Below the pieces are notes generated by a model. The model saw only the letters and a list, made by a program, of their open reading frames with translations. It had not been told where the DNA came from and did no database searches. The translations under genes and the position numbers were made by a program. Below, one piece after another: positions 1 to 9,064 of a stretch of DNA of 11,714 nt. Origin of the DNA: Hormoscilla sp. (GTDB lineage: Bacteria > Cyanobacteriota > Cyanobacteriia > Cyanobacteriales > Desertifilaceae); assembly GCA_051439505.1 (NCBI GenBank), contig JBFRWI010000156.1, positions 1 to 11,714 on the forward strand, given 5' to 3'. How positions within the stretch are numbered: the stretch's first letter is position 1; each line of letters starts with the position of its first letter.

Positions 1-140
1 GCTGCTGTGGTCCTGGTGGCATCGTCCGCCAGGGAGTCTTTAATCAGGGCCTCATCTGCGAACCCAAACAGATAGCGCAAATACAGTATCCCGTCAGTCA
101 ATGCGTCTATATTGCCATTGCCGTCTACATCCCAACTCAT
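1..140 (-). CDS. 5' part of a protein starting with a dockerin-like/EF-hand Ca-binding motif; runs off the window edge
   Basis: Manual translation from ATG at 140: MSWDVDGNGNIDALTDGILYLRYLFGFADEALIKDSLADDATRTTAA, no stop. DxDGNG loop plus ALTDG..LRYLFG motif; AGGAG RBS 8 nt upstream. Confidence 0.8.
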   Translation of the reverse strand, partial: MSWDVDGNGNIDALTDGILYLRYLFGFADEALIKDSLADDATRTTA

Positions 141-285
141 ATACTCAACTCCTGTTGCATAAACTCCTTTGGGCTTGGTCGGTACACTTTTTTAGTCCTC
201 CCTCTTCCGTTCTATTCCATCCCTCCGGAGTTGTGCAGGGTAAATGTACCTAAATTCCTGTCTAAGGGTACAGACACAAGTCTGA

Positions 286-374
286 TATAGCATTTCTCGA
301 AATTATGAGGTACATCAGAAAGGGATAAAACCCAGTGATAGCAAGGCTTTCACTGTACCTAACCTGATTGAGAA
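286..374. mobile_element. degenerate cyanobacterial MITE-like repeat (TATAGC..TTCTC / GAGGTACA type)
   Basis: Left end TATAGCATTTCTCGAAATTATGAGGTACA; right end TGTACCTAACCTGATTGAGAA is its imperfect inverse and lacks the terminal GCTATA. Confidence 0.55.
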
Positions 375-397
375 GGTTGCAACCTCCCTACCGTTTT

Positions 398-415
398 GTC
401 ACAATTCTTTACATT
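398..415 (+). promoter_or_regulatory. candidate HLR1 (RpaB-binding) direct repeat
   Basis: GTCACAAT-TC-TTTACATT matches (G/T)TTACA(T/A)(T/A)-N2-(G/T)TTACA(T/A)(T/A) with one mismatch. Confidence 0.4.
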
Positions 416-609
416 GATCGTCGGTGCATAATGCTCAGATCGGAAACCCCCTCGGGCGATCGCACTGGACAATGGGGTCTCCTTGTGACGATCCAACGCC
501 GACTGTTGACTACCCAACACGGAAGATTCACTCTGCTGGGCAGTCCCTCTGAATCTACCATATCTAATCTCTACCCACAGCCCGCCCTACTCAACCCACC
601 ATATTAATT

Positions 610-781
610 TATAGCGTTTCTCAAATTTATGTGGTATCGCCTATCTGTCATTGCGAGGGGGGGCCACTAGCGAGTAACTTATGATTTATGAGTTACCCCC
701 CCCCCCCGTTAGCGCAGCGGCACGACGCAGGAGTGCTAGCAATCTCCGACAGCATATTACAGTCATCTGAGAACTGCTATA
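610..781. mobile_element. MITE-like element with 14-bp imperfect TIRs and nested small repeats
   Basis: TATAGCGTTTCTCA (610-623) and TGAGAACTGCTATA (768-781) are inverted repeats matching 12/14. Interior has a split GTCATTGCGAG...GCAATCT repeat and a GTAACT...AGTTAC palindrome. Confidence 0.6.
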
Positions 782-836
782 TAAGTAGTTTTCCCAATTT
801 ATTTACACATTCTTGACCTTTGTTTAACTGCTCAAT

Positions 837-857
837 GGTGGGCGGTGCCCACCCTAC
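837..857 (-). repeat. GTAG-type REP-like palindrome
   Basis: Minus strand reads GTAG-GGTGGGC-ACC-GCCCACC. Confidence 0.7.
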
Positions 858-894
858 GTCTGTCCCCTAAATAACAGATGCGATCGCGCACTTT

Positions 895-1113
895 CCGGGG
901 CACGGCGGTAATAACATTTTTCCATGAACCGAAACATTTCTGATGCCGTGCCCCTACATTTTAAATTTCGATAAATTTGCCATCGCATCTCGACATTTTA
1001 TTGGCGATCGCCCTTAGCATTATTATTCCGATATCGGGAGATCGAGCGGGGTAGGGGCACGGCATCCATAGCATAACAATTAAAACCGAAATATATCTAT
1101 TGCCGTGCCCCGG
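895..1113. repeat. inverted pair of GTAGGGGCACGGC REP-like hairpins (REPIN/BIME-like)
   Basis: CCGGGGCACGGC (895-906), ATGCCGTGCCCCTAC (943-957), GTAGGGGCACGGCAT (1051-1065), GCCGTGCCCCGG (1102-1113). Outer 12-bp and inner 15-bp pairs are perfect inverted repeats. Confidence 0.75.
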
Positions 1114-1184
1114 CTGTGCATTGGGTGGCCTTCCCATTCCGAGGGCGATCGCGCCCATATGCGAGATCGCCTGTCCCACGGACT

Positions 1185-1484
1185 CTAATCTATAAAGGAC
1201 TTAATCGCGCCAAAATACTGATTTGTGCCCACCATCAACAGATCCTTATGACCGGCAGACGGAATCAAAACCAGATGTTTGGACGATGCCCCACAATAAT
1301 GATAAAGTTTTTTTCCCTCTGCTGCTGGAATCAAGAAATCTGCTTCTCCGTGGATAATCAAAGTCTTAGTTTTAATCTGACTCATTTTACTCCCATTTCC
1401 GATCTCATGCATCTCCGGGTCCAGTGCCGTTACCGGAAACCCCAAACATGCTAGCAGGGGCAAACTATCCGCAAAACCGCTCGG
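1185..1484 (-). pseudogene. C-terminal remnant of an alpha/beta hydrolase
   Basis: Frame reads [10 protein letters not shown]...TLIIHGEADFLIP...LIPSAGHKDL (catalytic Asp and His regions). In-frame TAA at 1485-1487, no G-x-S-x-G motif and no room for the N-terminal half before aroC. Confidence 0.7.
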
Positions 1485-1565
1485 TTATTTTTCGGGAAGG
1501 CAAGAATTGATAAACCCTGTGTTAAAGGAATTCGCGGGTTTCTGGTTTCATATTTGGCAAATAAC

Positions 1566-1574
1566 TGCTACAAT
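1566..1574 (+). promoter_or_regulatory. extended -10 element for aroC
   Basis: TGcTACAAT ending 27 nt upstream of the ATG at 1602. Confidence 0.45.
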
Positions 1575-1601
1575 AGAATTACCGAGAACCGAGAGGAAAA
1601 T

Positions 1602-2696
1602 ATGGGCAATAGCTTCGGGCATTTGTTTAAGATCACTACCTTTGGGGAATCCCACGGCGGCGGAGTCGGCGTCATAGTTGATGGGTGTCCCCCCCGACTG
1701 GAAATTAACGCGGAGGAAATTCAGCGAGAATTGAACCGCAGGCGTCCGGGACAGAGTAAAATAACCACCCCCCGTAAAGAAGCAGACAGTTGCGAGATCC
1801 TCTCGGGGGTGTTCGAGGGCAAAACCTTGGGTACCCCGATCGCCATTTTGGTCCGGAACAAGGACGCTCGCTCCCAAGATTACCAGGAAATGGCCCAGAA
1901 ATTTCGCCCTTCCCATGCCGATGCTACCTATGAAGCGAAATACGGGATCCGCAACTGGCAGGGGGGCGGACGGGCCTCCGCCCGGGAGACCATCGGTAGA
2001 GTCGCAGCAGGGGCGATCGCCAAAAAAATCCTCCAGGTAACCGCTGGCGTAGAAATCATTGGTTACGTCAAGCGGATCAAAGATCTCGAAGGAGTCGTAG
2101 ATCCAGACACCGTCACCATGGAGCAAGTGGAAAGCAATATCGTTCGCTGTCCCGACCCCGAATGTGCCGATCGCATGATCGCCCTGATCGAGGAGGTCGG
2201 GCGTCAAGGAGACTCACTGGGAGGAGTCGTGGAATGCGTGGCCCGCAACGTCCCCCCAGGTTTAGGAATGCCAGTATTTGACAAGCTGGAAGCCGACCTG
2301 GCAAAATCGATTATGTCCTTACCCGCCACTAAAGGGTTTGAAATTGGCTCGGGCTTTGCCGGAACCATGTTAGCAGGCAGCGAGCATAACGATGAATTCT
2401 ACACCGACGATCGGGGCAAGCTTCGCACCCGCACCAACCGTTCGGGGGGCATTCAAGGAGGGATTTCCAACAGCGAACCGATTATTTTGAGGGCAGCATT
2501 CAAGCCCACTGCTACCATCAGAAAAGAACAACGCACGGTAACCAGTGCCGGGACCGAAACGGTGCTAGCAGCAAAAGGACGTCACGACCCTTGCGTTTTA
2601 CCAAGAGCCGTGCCTATGGTAGAAGCAATGGTCGCTCTGGTGCTATGCGATCACCTGCTGCGTCACCAGGGTCAATGCGGAACATTAAAAATTTAA
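1602..2696 (+). CDS. aroC: chorismate synthase
   Basis: MGNSFG...[34 protein letters not shown] motifs. GAGGA RBS supports the ATG at 1602. Confidence 0.98.
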   Translation: MGNSFGHLFKITTFGESHGGGVGVIVDGCPPRLEINAEEIQRELNRRRPGQSKITTPRKEADSCEILSGVFEGKTLGTPIAILVRNKDARSQDYQEMAQKFRPSHADATYEAKYGIRNWQGGGRASARETIGRVAAGAIAKKILQVTAGVEIIGYVKRIKDLEGVVDPDTVTMEQVESNIVRCPDPECADRMIALIEEVGRQGDSLGGVVECVARNVPPGLGMPVFDKLEADLAKSIMSLPATKGFEIGSGFAGTMLAGSEHNDEFYTDDRGKLRTRTNRSGGIQGGISNSEPIILRAAFKPTATIRKEQRTVTSAGTETVLAAKGRHDPCVLPRAVPMVEAMVALVLCDHLLRHQGQCGTLKI

Positions 2697-2703
2697 GTTA
2701 TCA

Positions 2704-3600
2704 ATGAAAACCAGCAGTTCATCCGATTTTTCCCCAACGGTGTTTGCAGTTCAGTTCTGGGGAGTGCGAGGCAGCGTTCCCGCCCCTGGTGAAGAAACAG
2801 TCCGCTATGGAGGCAATACCTCCTGCATAGAAATGCGAGTGGGTGGTAAGCGCCTGATTTTTGATGGCGGCACTGGCATCCGGATGCTGGCCAACAGTCT
2901 CAAACCTCATATGCCTCTAGAGGCCCATCTGTTTTTCACCCACTACCACTGGGACCACATCCAAGGGATACCCTTTTTTACTCCCCTGTTTACTCCCGAC
3001 AATCACATCTACATCCGAGGCACTATCCCGCCAGAAAGTCAATCCCTGGAAGAGCATTTCATGCACCGGGTACTGCACGTCCATTCGCCAGTGCCAACCC
3101 CGACATTGCGAGCTGACCTGAAGTTCTCTGAATTAGAACCGGGTAACGTGATGATGCTAGATGATATTAGCATCGAAACAGGTCATTTAAACCATCCCAA
3201 TGGGGCCATGGGATATCGCATTACCTGGGGCGGACATACGGCTGTTTACTGCACCGATACAGAACATTATCCCGATCGCCTGGATGAAGATGTCCTACAC
3301 TTAGCCCGTAACGCCGATGTCTTGATTTATGATGCCATGTACACCGATGATGAATATCTTAACCCTAAATCTCCCAAGGTGGGCTGGGGACATTCTACTT
3401 GGCAGGAAGGGGTGAAAGTGGCCAAGGCGGCGGAGGTGAAGCAACTGGTGATTTTCCATCACGAACCTAACCACTCTGATGATGCCCTCGATCGCATCGC
3501 ATCGCAAGTCCAAGAAGCTTATCCCCATGCTATACTTGCCCGAGAAGGAATGATTCTGCCAGTCATTAAACCCCCAACTTCCCGTTGGAAGCGACACTGA
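2704..3600 (+). CDS. MBL-fold metallo-hydrolase (RNase Z/phosphodiesterase-like)
   Basis: FWGVRGS, YGGNTSC, DGGTG, THYHWDHIQG (HxHxDH), TDTEH, WGHS, FHHEP. Starts 7 nt after the aroC stop. Confidence 0.92.
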   Translation: MKTSSSSDFSPTVFAVQFWGVRGSVPAPGEETVRYGGNTSCIEMRVGGKRLIFDGGTGIRMLANSLKPHMPLEAHLFFTHYHWDHIQGIPFFTPLFTPDNHIYIRGTIPPESQSLEEHFMHRVLHVHSPVPTPTLRADLKFSELEPGNVMMLDDISIETGHLNHPNGAMGYRITWGGHTAVYCTDTEHYPDRLDEDVLHLARNADVLIYDAMYTDDEYLNPKSPKVGWGHSTWQEGVKVAKAAEVKQLVIFHHEPNHSDDALDRIASQVQEAYPHAILAREGMILPVIKPPTSRWKRH

Positions 3601-3627
3601 TCTATCATGAGTGCTTGAAACTGATGA

Positions 3628-3897
3628 CTATTCGGAACCAGTAGGGTTGCCGCCGCCCTCTTCAAAGGGGTTTTCGCCAATTCCCAGTTGCTTTTTACTG
3701 CGTTTGAGCTGCTTCCACATATCCTTAATTTCCTGGTAAGCTTCTTCTGGAGAAATCTTACCGCCCGTTTCGAGACTACAGAGGTAGTTCACTCGCTGGG
3801 CAAACTCTTGGAGATTGGCATTAAAAACTAGGTTCTCTGGCTGAAAATCGCCGTGGTAGCGACTGCGCGGATATAAAAAATCTGAACTATCTGTCAT
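3628..3897 (-). CDS. small conserved cyanobacterial hypothetical protein (DUF7219-like)
   Basis: FLYPRSRYHG...PENLVFNANLQEFAQRV...LETGGKISPEEAY motif recognised from cyanobacterial proteins. Confidence 0.85.
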   Translation of the reverse strand: MTDSSDFLYPRSRYHGDFQPENLVFNANLQEFAQRVNYLCSLETGGKISPEEAYQEIKDMWKQLKRSKKQLGIGENPFEEGGGNPTGSE

Positions 3898-3925
3898 AAT
3901 GGAGAATGGAGAATGGAGAATGGAG
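3898..3925. repeat. heptamer tandem repeat (AATGGAG)x4, STRR-like
   Basis: Four exact units directly upstream of the 3897 start; on the + strand they also precede rbsK. Confidence 0.9.
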
Positions 3926-3956
3926 AATTTAAAATTGAGAAACTCACAATTTACAA

Positions 3957-4883
3957 ATGACTATAGTCGTCTTTGGCAGTATTAATATCGACCTCGTAGC
4001 GAAATTACCTCGCTTTCCTCACCCTGGAGAGACAGTTTCCGGTACAGAATTTTTTACTGCTGCTGGTGGTAAAGGTGCTAATCAAGCGGTGGCATCTGCC
4101 AGGTTGGGTATCTCTACTCATCTCGTGGGACGGGTGGGCGCGGATGATTTTGGTCAGCAATTGCTGCACAGTTTGAGAGAAAATCAAGTGCTGTGCGATC
4201 GCATCTCGATCGACAATAGCACCCATTCGGGGGTAGCGGTTATTTCTGTTGATGCTAAGGGCGAAAACCAGATCGTGGTCATCCCGGGTGCCAACGGGCG
4301 CATCAATACAGATGATGTCGAACGTCTCCAGGATATATTACCCCAGGCCACGGCATTGCTGTTACAGTTGGAAATACCCATGCCAGCGGTAATATCAGCC
4401 GCCCGATCGGCCCAACAAGCGGGGGTACCGGTAATTCTCGATCCCGCACCAGTGCCAGCATATCTGCCTCCCGAACTCTATCCCTTGATTGATATTATCA
4501 CGCCCAATGAAGTAGAGGCAAGCCAGTTAACAGGTTTACCCGTGAATAGTCCCCAAACTGCTGCCGCCGCCGCTGAGGTATTGCTGGAACGGGGGGCCAA
4601 ACAGGCGATCGTCACTTTGGGTGGGAAAGGAGTCTTTTGTGCCACGGGGAAGGAAAACTTCGCCATTCCCGCTTTTGCTGTCCCAGTTGTAGATACCGTG
4701 GGCGCTGGGGATGCCTTTAATGGCGGTTTAGCAGCGGCCCTGTCCGCCGATCTTTCCCTCAGACAGGCCGCGATCTGGGGTGCCGCAGCAGCTGCCATGG
4801 CAGTCTCAGCAGCTGGCGGGATGCCAGCTATGCCCGATCGCTTGGCATTTGAGGCTTTTCTCCAGCAGCAAGGTGTTGTATAA
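3957..4883 (+). CDS. rbsK: ribokinase (PfkB family)
   Basis: GSINID, GGKGANQA, LQLEIP, TPNEVEA, DTVGAGDAFNG signatures. Confidence 0.93.
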   Translation: MTIVVFGSINIDLVAKLPRFPHPGETVSGTEFFTAAGGKGANQAVASARLGISTHLVGRVGADDFGQQLLHSLRENQVLCDRISIDNSTHSGVAVISVDAKGENQIVVIPGANGRINTDDVERLQDILPQATALLLQLEIPMPAVISAARSAQQAGVPVILDPAPVPAYLPPELYPLIDIITPNEVEASQLTGLPVNSPQTAAAAAEVLLERGAKQAIVTLGGKGVFCATGKENFAIPAFAVPVVDTVGAGDAFNGGLAAALSADLSLRQAAIWGAAAAAMAVSAAGGMPAMPDRLAFEAFLQQQGVV

Positions 4884-4913
4884 AGAACTGTAATGGAGGA
4901 TTGAGAATTGAGC

Positions 4914-4960
4914 ATTAGCAATTAGCAATTAGCAATTAGCAATTAGCAATTAGCAATTAG
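4914..4960. repeat. heptamer tandem repeat (ATTAGCA)x6 plus partial, STRR-like
   Basis: Six exact units plus ATTAG in the rbsK-phosphatase spacer. Confidence 0.92.
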
Positions 4961-4981
4961 AAGACAAACTAGAGGTTAACC

Positions 4982-6628
4982 TTGAGCAATATCAACTTTT
5001 ACGATCCCGAAGAACGGCCTTGGCCAAATCCCCGGCTCAAAAATGCTAGCATTATCGGACATACAACTGCCAACAGCGTGCGTCTGTGGTTGCGGGTAGA
5101 CCAACCGGGAAATTACTGGCTGGTAGTGGCGTCTAATCCCATTCCCACCCATGGTACACCAGAAATTACTGCTGCTGACGAGCAATCCTACAGCTTCTTA
5201 TTATCAACAGATGCAGGGGAAACCCAGGAGATAGGGACCGAAAGAATTTATCCTCTGGAATTTGACTCGGGCTACGATCTCACCAAGGTCGTAGATCTGG
5301 AGGGTCTGGAACCGGACAGTCGCTATTATTATTGCTTGTTGCAGACGGACAGGGAAAACCCTTGGATATTGGGCCGTGAAGAAAAGCTATCGGTGCAGAC
5401 ATTTCCCGAACATACCAATGAATTAAACTTCGGGCTTTACAGTTGCCACATGCCCTATGACGGGCGGAAGTTAGTCAACATGGAAATGTGGGATCTGTTT
5501 TACCAAGAACTATCGGACGTGAAGGCCCGTTTCATTATCGGCGCTGGGGATCAGATGTATGTAGATGGGAATTTACAGTTAAATATCTGGACTTGGCTGC
5601 GAGAAGTGAAAGACCAGATGCCCAATCGCTATGATATGCTTTCTTGGTATCGGGATCTCTTCCGGGGTTACTGGGGCATGGATCCCGTGCAGCGAGTTTT
5701 GCGCAGCTTTCCCACTTACATGATCTGGGACGATCATGAGATTATGGATGGTTGGGGTTCCTTTACCGAGAAGGAACTGGTGGCCCAGGTGGATGCGACC
5801 TTAAATTCCGAAGATAGAGAATATCATCTGGCACTTACCAAGGAGATGTTCCAAGCAGCCAAGCAAGTTTATTATGAATACGAACATTCCCACAATCCCC
5901 CCACTGATGATACTATAGAGCAATTTGACTATGAATTTAAGGCGGGTGTCAGTGCGTTCTACGTGCTGGACATGAGAGGACATCGGGATTTTAATCGGGA
6001 CTCCTTGCGGATCTTGGGAGAACGGCAGTGGGAACGCTTGAGTGGTTGGGTCGATCGCCAGTATCAGGGGGACTCCCGAGTATTGTTTATCATCTCGCCG
6101 ACGCCAGTAGTTCACTTAAATAATTTTATCATCAATCAATTTGACATTCCCTATATGGTGGTAACTGACGACATGCGGGATAACTGGGAACATGAAGCCC
6201 ATTGGGAGGAGAGAAATAAACTATTGGGGACAGTATTTCAATTCTCTCAGGAAACCCGGCGGCCAGTTATTTTTCTTAGCGGCGATGTTCACCTAGGGGC
6301 CGGTTTTAAGGTTTTCCATGAGGACTTCCCTGCCGCCCGGGTGTTCCAGTTGACTTCTAGCCCCATTACCCATGCTACCATCAGGAAATTTTCCCGTCGC
6401 ATTTTAGAAATGCTGGTTAAAGAAAGTGGTAACCTGGGCACAATACCCGGAAATACACCCTACCAGTTCCAGAACCTATATCTTTGTCGGCGGAATAATT
6501 TCGGCATCGTCCGGGTAAAGGAAACCGATGAAGGGGAGTTATCCATCAAGTACGATCTCTTCGGGGGTACTGGTAGGGGTGATGGGACGATGGAGAAGAA
6601 ACAAATCGATCTCAATCAAGTCCCTTAA
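4982..6628 (+). CDS. alkaline phosphatase D (PhoD) family metallophosphatase
   Basis: SC, GDQMYVD, IWDDHE, LDMR, DNW, LSGDVH, LTSSP motifs. TTG start preceded by GAGG. Confidence 0.88.
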   Translation: MSNINFYDPEERPWPNPRLKNASIIGHTTANSVRLWLRVDQPGNYWLVVASNPIPTHGTPEITAADEQSYSFLLSTDAGETQEIGTERIYPLEFDSGYDLTKVVDLEGLEPDSRYYYCLLQTDRENPWILGREEKLSVQTFPEHTNELNFGLYSCHMPYDGRKLVNMEMWDLFYQELSDVKARFIIGAGDQMYVDGNLQLNIWTWLREVKDQMPNRYDMLSWYRDLFRGYWGMDPVQRVLRSFPTYMIWDDHEIMDGWGSFTEKELVAQVDATLNSEDREYHLALTKEMFQAAKQVYYEYEHSHNPPTDDTIEQFDYEFKAGVSAFYVLDMRGHRDFNRDSLRILGERQWERLSGWVDRQYQGDSRVLFIISPTPVVHLNNFIINQFDIPYMVVTDDMRDNWEHEAHWEERNKLLGTVFQFSQETRRPVIFLSGDVHLGAGFKVFHEDFPAARVFQLTSSPITHATIRKFSRRILEMLVKESGNLGTIPGNTPYQFQNLYLCRRNNFGIVRVKETDEGELSIKYDLFGGTGRGDGTMEKKQIDLNQVP

Positions 6629-7032
6629 CCCGAACGCTTGCGTTTGCGCATAAAATGTCTTTGCAAGTATAGCAGATACAGCCAACCGAGGGTACATCCG
6701 ATAATGTAGTAGGGAAAATCCCACCAGACAAAGGTGTCACCCAGCAGGGCCTGACCCAAAAAAGTTGCTCTAATAGCTTCTAAAAAGGGTGGGTGCCAGA
6801 GTTGGAGACATTCTAAAAAGCATGTTACCAGGAAGACGCCTAGGGAGACCCCCAGGGGTGAGGCTTTGGGCCAGAACAGGGCAATTAACAGTATCCAAAA
6901 GATTTCATAGAGGAAACCGCCAGCATAATTATTGAACCACAGGTGCCAGGGGCCTCGGTACAATTTGCTGGCAAAGCCTAAAGGAGTAATCACCAGCAAG
7001 CTGATCGCGATCGCAAGTCGATAGGTTTTCAT
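6625..7032 (-). CDS. DUF2809-like integral membrane protein
   Basis: ECLQLWHPPFLEAIRATFLGQALLGDTFVWWDF motif and hydrophobic segments. ATG at 7032 preferred over the ORF-track start; stop overlaps the phosphatase stop in TTAA. Confidence 0.85.
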   Translation of the reverse strand: MKTYRLAIAISLLVITPLGFASKLYRGPWHLWFNNYAGGFLYEIFWILLIALFWPKASPLGVSLGVFLVTCFLECLQLWHPPFLEAIRATFLGQALLGDTFVWWDFPYYIIGCTLGWLYLLYLQRHFMRKRKRSG

Positions 7033-7042
7033 TGATTCGTTC

Positions 7043-7083
7043 GTAGTAAGCACGAAGCGTGCTTCCCAGGCGCTTTCGCGCCT
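7043..7083. repeat. GTAG-led double-hairpin REP-like element
   Basis: GTAGT-AAGCACG-AAG-CGTGCTT-CCC-AGGCGC-TTTC-GCGCCT. Confidence 0.55.
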
Positions 7084-7147
7084 AGCAGCACTTCTTCTAT
7101 TTTAGATATTATGGGGGCCAAAATGAAACTTAACAAGAGTAAAGAAG

Positions 7148-7885
7148 ATGAATAAAGAAAACGAAGCCATTACCAAAAGTCCGCAATTTTATCTAGTAAT
7201 GCTGATATTTCTTGTTGCAATTTTAGGGGCGATCGCGACAGCATGGCGAACGTTAGAATTAGGAGTAATGGCGATCGGGGCCTGGACAATATGGACTTTT
7301 TACCAGCAAAGAAAGCAAAGCCAACAAGCGTACTTAAAGGAATTATTTTATCAGTTAATCCAGGAAAATCATGGTTATATCACGGCGTTAGATTTAGCAA
7401 TGAAGGCGAATATTTCGGCCCCAGCAGCAGGGAAATATCTGGAACGGCGTGCGGAAGAATTTGCCGCAGAGTTCGAGGTAAATCAACAGGGAGGGATATT
7501 ATATTTATTTACCACGGCTAAATCTGCTAGCGCGATCGAGGTGAAGGCGATCGGGCCAGAACCTGTAGAGAAACCGCTGCCGAAACCAACAGAAATCCGA
7601 GGGCAGTTAAAGGATGCTGCTGCTGTATCTGTGAACATAGATGAGCCCAAAGATTCCGGTCCAGAGATCGAGGATGAAAATCACGAAATTGCCCAGTCAC
7701 CTCTAAATCAATCTAAGTTGGCAAAGCGGTTACAGGTTCATTCTAGTACGGTCAGCAAGAGAAAATTAAATGCCAACTTTGATGAATGGAGTCGCAACCT
7801 AGACCCAGAGGGGGTGGCGTGGACATATTCTCCAGAAACGAAACGGTTTTATCCGATGAAACAATTAGCAAATGATGGAGAATGA
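7148..7885 (+). CDS. hypothetical membrane-anchored protein with HTH-like segments
   Basis: 245-aa ORF with two N-terminal hydrophobic helices, ITALDLAM...YLERRAEEF segment and C-terminal LNQSKLAKRLQVHSSTVS...DPEGVAW. Confidence 0.8.
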   Translation: MNKENEAITKSPQFYLVMLIFLVAILGAIATAWRTLELGVMAIGAWTIWTFYQQRKQSQQAYLKELFYQLIQENHGYITALDLAMKANISAPAAGKYLERRAEEFAAEFEVNQQGGILYLFTTAKSASAIEVKAIGPEPVEKPLPKPTEIRGQLKDAAAVSVNIDEPKDSGPEIEDENHEIAQSPLNQSKLAKRLQVHSSTVSKRKLNANFDEWSRNLDPEGVAWTYSPETKRFYPMKQLANDGE

Positions 7886-7903
7886 TCGTAATGGCAGAAG
7901 TTG

Positions 7904-9064
7904 TTACAGGAGTCCTCCGATCGCGATCGCCCCCCGATCGGCCACTCCCGGTTCTCCCAAAGACTGACGCATTTGCTGATAGTCAGAATGTATTTGCTGG
8001 CGTCGGACAGGGTTAACTAACAAGTCCATTCCTGCCGAGACGATCGCCTCTGGGGTAGCTTCCTCTTGGAGAAACTCGGGCACAATTTCTCTCATCTCTA
8101 CCAGGTTGGGGGGAGACATAAAGGGAATCGAAAATTTTAACAATTTGCGAGCAATAAAACCAGTGATCTGACTCACGCGGTAAAGCACTACCTGGGGGAC
8201 ATCCAAGAGAGCAAGTTCTAAGTTTACTGTACCAGATTTTGTAATTGCTAAGTCAGCAGACGCCAATACTTCTTCAGTCTTACTGCTGATTGTAGCATGA
8301 ATACCGTAATGGCCGATCGCCCGTTGAATGGGTTCGCGAAATTCTTCCCTAGACAGAGGAATCCAAAAATGAACATCCAATTGGGATTGAATCATTTTCG
8401 CAGCAGCAAAGATCGCGGGCAGCAAATATTTTAACTCTTGGCTGCGGGAAGCGGGAATGAGGGCGATCGCCTTTTTTTCAGCATCAATTCCCAAAGCAGT
8501 CCGGGCCTGAGTCCGAGAAGGAAATATTAGCATTCTATCTATTAAAGGATGACCCACCCAAGTCACATGGGCCCCATGTTCGGCAAAATAACGGGCTTCT
8601 TCTGGGAAAATAGCTAATAGCAAGTCGGTAATTTTCACAATTTGCGCAGTTTCCCGCTGCCGTGCCGACCAGACCCAAGTCTGAGGCGCAATGTAGTAAA
8701 CTATGGGTACTTGGGGCAGATAGCGACGGAGAAAAGTACCAATACTTAAATTAGGTCCGGGATAGTCCAGCAACACCACTAGATCGGGAGGATTTTCCCG
8801 CAAATATTTCTTAGTTTTCTGCTGAATCTTAAACGTCGGCAAAACATAAGGCAAAGATTCCCAAATGCCCACAGAACCAATGGCCGTCGTGTTCCCTAAC
8901 AACTGCGCCCCCGCTGCCGCCATGCGATCGCCCCCCAATGCGATAATTTCGAAAGAGTAACCTGCGGCCACAGCTTGCCGTTGTAGGGCCTCAATCAACA
9001 GGGCCCCTTGCAGATCCCCGGACACCTCTCCCGTACTGATAAAAATCCTCCGACCATTGTTCAT
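7904..9064 (-). CDS. lpxB: lipid-A-disaccharide synthase
   Basis: RIFISTGEVSGD, DYPGPN, YYIAPQ, FPEEA, VGHPL, PASRSQE, KSGTVNLE, PEFLQ motifs; lpx gene context. Confidence 0.97.
   Translation of the reverse strand: MNNGRRIFISTGEVSGDLQGALLIEALQRQAVAAGYSFEIIALGGDRMAAAGAQLLGNTTAIGSVGIWESLPYVLPTFKIQQKTKKYLRENPPDLVVLLDYPGPNLSIGTFLRRYLPQVPIVYYIAPQTWVWSARQRETAQIVKITDLLLAIFPEEARYFAEHGAHVTWVGHPLIDRMLIFPSRTQARTALGIDAEKKAIALIPASRSQELKYLLPAIFAAAKMIQSQLDVHFWIPLSREEFREPIQRAIGHYGIHATISSKTEEVLASADLAITKSGTVNLELALLDVPQVVLYRVSQITGFIARKLLKFSIPFMSPPNLVEMREIVPEFLQEEATPEAIVSAGMDLLVNPVRRQQIHSDYQQMRQSLGEPGVADRGAIAIGGLL

Noticed and set aside
231..280. TGTACC/GGTACA hairpin as a riboswitch for the leftward gene
   Set aside because: No recognisable aptamer consensus; it could be a decayed repeat.
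368..607. 79-aa + strand ORF
   Set aside because: TTG start inside a repeat end, no recognisable motif or RBS.
961..1454. 72-aa and 112-aa ORFs
   Set aside because: They run through REP-like repeats or lie antisense to the hydrolase remnant.
4914..4960. Tandem repeats as a CRISPR array
   Set aside because: 7-nt units with no spacers and no cas genes.
1548..6724. Antisense ORFs over aroC, the MBL gene, rbsK and the phosphatase
   Set aside because: Shadow frames of well-supported genes.
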